From Balneolales bacterium (GTDB lineage Bacteria; Bacteroidota; Rhodothermia; Balneolales; HLUCCA01), in contig JANJTJ010000121.1 of NCBI GenBank assembly GCA_024711145.1, forward strand, positions 1 to 62,029: DNA of 62,029 bases, read 5' to 3'. The notes beneath the pieces are model-generated. The model saw only the letters and a list, made by a program, of their open reading frames with translations, ran no database searches and was not told the DNA's origin. Numbering within the stretch: position 1 is the stretch's first letter; each line of letters opens with the position of its first letter. The position numbers were made by a program, and so were the translations under genes. Below are positions 58,753 through 62,029 of this stretch, piece by piece.

Positions 58753-58803
58753 CTATGGTATCGCGGCAGCCCTACCACGAAGATGTGAGAGGGCGAAAAT
58801 ACA

Positions 58804-59487
58804 TCAAAAATTCGGGGTCAGCACCCGATCGCGATAGAAGCTGTCTATGATGCGGATCACCTCGTCCAGATCGTCGGTCACATGGAACAGATCCAGATCG
58901 GTCGGGCTGATGGTGCCTTCGGCCACCATCTTGGTGCGGATCCACTCCACCAAACCGCCCCAATACTCGGTACCCACCAGAATGACCGGAAACCGGGAGA
59001 TCTTGCGGGTCTGGATGAGGGTGAGCGATTCGAACAGTTCGTCCAGGGTGCCGAACCCGCCCGGAAATACCACGAAACTCTGGGCATATTTGATGAACAT
59101 GACCTTCCGGGCGAAGAAGTAGTTGAAATCGACCCGGTACTTGTGGTCCACGTAGGCGTTGGCGGCTTCCTCGAAGGGCAGTTTGATGCACAGACCTACC
59201 GATTTGCCCCCACCCTGCCGGGCGCCTTTGTTGCCGGCCTCCATGATGCCGGGGCCACCGCCGGTGATCACACCGAAGCCGAGGCCGGTGATCATTTCGG
59301 CCAGACGGACGGCTTTCTCATAATATTCCGTTCCCGGTTTGAGGCGCGCCGATCCGAATACCGAAACACATGGACCGATACGAAGCATGGTGTCGTAGCC
59401 ATCGACGAATTCGCCCATGATTTTGAAAACGCTCCAGATATCGCGTTCGAATCCGTCGGCGTAATGCAAGTTGAAGTCCTGGGTCAT
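58804..59487 (-). CDS. LOG family nucleotide phosphoribohydrolase (TIGR00730-like)
   Basis: VSVFGSAR, TGGGPGIMEAGN, FFARK, PGGFGTLDE. Confidence 0.92.
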   Translation of the reverse strand: MTQDFNLHYADGFERDIWSVFKIMGEFVDGYDTMLRIGPCVSVFGSARLKPGTEYYEKAVRLAEMITGLGFGVITGGGPGIMEAGNKGARQGGGKSVGLCIKLPFEEAANAYVDHKYRVDFNYFFARKVMFIKYAQSFVVFPGGFGTLDELFESLTLIQTRKISRFPVILVGTEYWGGLVEWIRTKMVAEGTISPTDLDLFHVTDDLDEVIRIIDSFYRDRVLTPNF

Positions 59488-59543
59488 GGGTTCGGGGTTC
59501 GGGGTTCGGGGTTTGAAGTTTGAAGTTTGAGGTCGGGGGTTTA
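59488..59543. repeat. Degenerate 7-bp tandem repeat: (GGGTTCG)x3, GGGTTTG, (AAGTTTG)x2, AGGTCGG, GGGTTTA
   Basis: Read directly; fills the spacer between the DUF5683-like and LOG genes. Confidence 0.85.
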
Positions 59544-60098
59544 GGGGATGTATAGGCGCAGGCGGGCCGATGGTGCAAGCATGGGACCTCTGCCGGGTGC
59601 GGCCGGAACAGGTTCCGCTCCCACGCCGATGCGGGCGGAAAGATCGTCGCTCACGTCGAAATCGCGCAAGTGCGCGAAAATGTAGGCATCAACTGCGTTC
59701 AATCCCCAGGCCACACCGGTCATCACCCAGGTCAGATCCCTCTGGTTGCGGAAATAATCGCGGTTGGTGCGGTAGATCTGGGCGGGTTGCCCCGATGGCA
59801 CCCAGGTGGGTGTGGGGCCGAACCGTTGGTCGGCATTGATGGCGTTGTAATAGGCGGCACGGTAGCCCTTGTAGCGGCTGTCGGCCCAGAGGGCGTAACC
59901 GGCAAAACCGGCCAGGGTGCCGTACACGATGGGGATCTTCCAATGCTGGCGGTTCACGGCCTGGCCCCAGCCCGGCACCATCAGGCTCTTTCGCATCACG
60001 ATCCGCGGTTCGGGCACGGTATCGCGCACTTGGGCCAGGGCGGGTGCGGCGGCAAGCAGCACCCAGGCCAGGGTCAGGATCTCACGCCGAAGGTTCAA
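59541..60098 (-). CDS. DUF5683-like membrane protein
   Basis: KSLMVPGWGQAVN..HWKIPIVYG...YRxxRD...NAVDAYIFAHL..FDVSDDL; directly downstream of parB. Confidence 0.75.
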   Translation of the reverse strand: MNLRREILTLAWVLLAAAPALAQVRDTVPEPRIVMRKSLMVPGWGQAVNRQHWKIPIVYGTLAGFAGYALWADSRYKGYRAAYYNAINADQRFGPTPTWVPSGQPAQIYRTNRDYFRNQRDLTWVMTGVAWGLNAVDAYIFAHLRDFDVSDDLSARIGVGAEPVPAAPGRGPMLAPSARLRLYIP

Positions 60099-60996
60099 GC
60101 AGCGCGAGGATGCGGTCGAGGTCGTCGTTCGAATAGTATTCGATCCGGATTTCGCCGCCCTGCTGCTTGCGGCGGATGGACACCTTGGTGCTCAACCGCT
60201 GACGTATGCGGTTGGACAGCTGGATCAGCTCCAGGTCTTGCTGTTCCTTTTTGGACAGCACCTTGTTTTTGGCGGCTTTGCGGGCGGTGAGCCCGCGCAC
60301 GTGGTCTTCCACCTGCCTGACCGACCAATCCCCTTCGATGATCTTGGCCATCAGGTCTTCCTGCAGGCGTTCCGATTCCACGGTGATCAGCGCACGGGCA
60401 TGCCCTATGCTGATGCGGCCCGACTTCAGCGCTTGCTGCAACACGGGGGGCAGTTGCAACAGACGCAGCATGTTGGTCACGGTGGTGCGGTTCTTGCCCA
60501 CCCGATCGGCCACTTCCTCCTGGGTGAGGGCGCATTCCTCGAGCAACCGTTGGTACCCGTAGGCCACTTCGATGGGGTTGAGCTGCTCCCGCTGCACGTT
60601 TTCGATGAGCGCGAACGTGATGCTCTGCTCGTCGTCGGCCTCGCGGATGTAAGCCGGTATGCTGTCGATGCCGGCCATGCGGCTGGCACGCAGCCGCCGT
60701 TCACCCGAGATCAGTTCGTACCGGTCTTCGCCCACATACCGCACCGTCACCGGTTGGATGAGCCCGTGCTGGCGGATGGAATCGGCCAGTTCCTGCAACC
60801 GGAGTTCGTCGAATTCCTTGCGGGGTTGGTGCGGGTTGGGACGGATGTTCCGTACCGGCACCATGAGTACCACATTCACACGGACGGTGGGGTCCATCAG
60901 GCGGATCTCGTCGGGGCTGGTGGCCACGGGCGGGGTCGGCGCATCGCCGAAGTACGCGCCCAAGCCACGCCCCAGCACTTTCTTGCCCTGGTTCAT
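60082..60996 (-). CDS. parB: Chromosome partitioning protein ParB
   Basis: [41 protein letters not shown]. Confidence 0.97.
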   Translation of the reverse strand: MNQGKKVLGRGLGAYFGDAPTPPVATSPDEIRLMDPTVRVNVVLMVPVRNIRPNPHQPRKEFDELRLQELADSIRQHGLIQPVTVRYVGEDRYELISGERRLRASRMAGIDSIPAYIREADDEQSITFALIENVQREQLNPIEVAYGYQRLLEECALTQEEVADRVGKNRTTVTNMLRLLQLPPVLQQALKSGRISIGHARALITVESERLQEDLMAKIIEGDWSVRQVEDHVRGLTARKAAKNKVLSKKEQQDLELIQLSNRIRQRLSTKVSIRRKQQGGEIRIEYYSNDDLDRILALLEPSA

Positions 60997-61808
60997 GCCT
61001 CGCCTCCCTCGGCTTCCTGGAAGATGGGGCTACCCGGGAACCGGTCCTTGTTGCGCGTGATCAGCTCCCGGGCCAAACTCAGGTAATTGCGGGTGCCTTG
61101 GCTCACGCTGTCGTAGAGCAGGGCGGGTTTGCCGAAACTGGGCGCTTCGGCCAGGCGCACGTTCCGGCTCACGATGGTCCTGAAGGTCTTGTCGCCGAAA
61201 TACCGCTGCACTTCTTCGGCCACCTGGTTGCTCAACCGGGTACGGGTGTCGAACATGGTGAGGGCCACGCCTTCGATCTCCAACGAGGGGTTGAGATGCT
61301 GGCGCACGATCTTGATGGTGTTGAGCAGTTGGCCCAGACCTTCCAGCGCGAAATATTCGCATTGTACCGGAATGAGGACCGAATCGGCCGCGGTGAGCGC
61401 GTTGATGGTGAGCAGCCCCAGCGATGGCGGACAGTCGATCACCACGAAATCGTACTTCTCGCGGTAGGTCTCCAGCGCTTTGCGCAGGATCTTCTCCCGG
61501 TTGGGGCGTTCCACCATCTCGATCTCGGCACCCACCAGATTGATGTGGGATGGGATCAGGTCAAGAAAGGGCAGTTCGGACGACCGTATGGCATCCTGGG
61601 TATCGATGCCGTTGACCAGAATCTCATAGACCGAAGCCGAAACGCTGTGCGGTTCGATGCCCAGGCCGCTGGTCGAGTTGGCTTGCGGATCCATGTCGAT
61701 CAGCAAGGTCGGATGCTCGATGGCCGCCAGGGAGGCCGCTAGGTTGATGGCGGTGGTGGTTTTGCCCACACCGCCTTTCTGGTTCGCTATGGCGATTACT
61801 TTACCCAT
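60993..61808 (-). CDS. parA: Chromosome partitioning ATPase ParA/Soj
   Basis: [30 protein letters not shown]; start MGKVIA at 61808. Confidence 0.97.
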   Translation of the reverse strand: MGKVIAIANQKGGVGKTTTAINLAASLAAIEHPTLLIDMDPQANSTSGLGIEPHSVSASVYEILVNGIDTQDAIRSSELPFLDLIPSHINLVGAEIEMVERPNREKILRKALETYREKYDFVVIDCPPSLGLLTINALTAADSVLIPVQCEYFALEGLGQLLNTIKIVRQHLNPSLEIEGVALTMFDTRTRLSNQVAEEVQRYFGDKTFRTIVSRNVRLAEAPSFGKPALLYDSVSQGTRNYLSLARELITRNKDRFPGSPIFQEAEGGEA

Positions 61809-61844
61809 TTCCCGGTTCAAAGATGGACGGGAAAATACGATGGG

Positions 61845-62029
61845 TCACCTGTTTTTCGGCGCACCGGCCAACTGCACCGGTTTGGTGGGCAGAATGGCAC
61901 GGGATGCGTTCTCGGGCAGGGGTATGAGTTTGCCTGCGGTATCGGAGGGATTGTCCACGGCGGCGGTTTGCCCCAGGCGGATCACCTCCTGGCGGTCCAC
62001 CCAGGGTTCGGCGGCGGGCAGGCTGTCGG
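61845..62029 (-). CDS. 3' end of an unidentified protein running off the window
   Basis: Open minus-strand frame DSLPAAEPWVDRQEVIRLGQ...AGAPKNR-stop (TGA at 61845-61847). Confidence 0.45.
   Translation of the reverse strand, partial: DSLPAAEPWVDRQEVIRLGQTAAVDNPSDTAGKLIPLPENASRAILPTKPVQLAGAPKNR

Noticed and set aside
59541-62029. parS site near parAB
   Set aside because: No TGTTTCACGTGAAACA-like palindrome seen by eye here or elsewhere in the window; a degenerate site could have been missed and needs a motif scan.

Overview
High-GC (roughly 63-68% in sampled lines), very densely coding 62-kb chromosomal window from an FCB-group bacterium. A Rhodothermota/Balneolota-like lineage is inferred from the split atpDC, a short Hc1-like gene, parA-parB-DUF5683 and the RsgA KGMHTTT motif. 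Most of it is housekeeping: nagZ-amiE fusion, cdd, the yceD-rpmF-plsX-fabH-fabD-fabG-acpP-fabF-rnc cluster, ilvE, thyA-folA, pfkA-pgi, ispB, lpxH, PBP1A, atpDC, rsmB, valS, pcrA, lon, rsgA, polA, tkt and parAB. I found no rRNA, tRNA, CRISPR array or transposase by eye. The best candidate for an undescribed system is at 6.4-20.5 kb, a putative synthase-dependent surface-glycan secretion module. It has a processive GT2 fused to a membrane-anchored SPOR-like domain, a membrane-anchored HEAT protein, a TPR/beta-barrel porin and a FecR-FN3 periplasmic protein. These sit with a five-gene phosphorelay (three intact hybrid kinases, one His-to-Asn GAF pseudokinase, one stand-alone receiver) that has no DNA-binding output and no c-di-GMP domain. 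The operon carrying the porin starts at an intergenic region built almost entirely of two abutting tandem-repeat arrays. Other oddities: an in-frame fusion of PcrA helicase to a signal peptide plus an outer-membrane beta-barrel, a solitary AT-rich PEGA-lipoprotein island with its own promoter and four tandem TGA stops, and C/A-rich repeats abutting several start codons. All product calls come from motif recognition by eye; no database searches were run.
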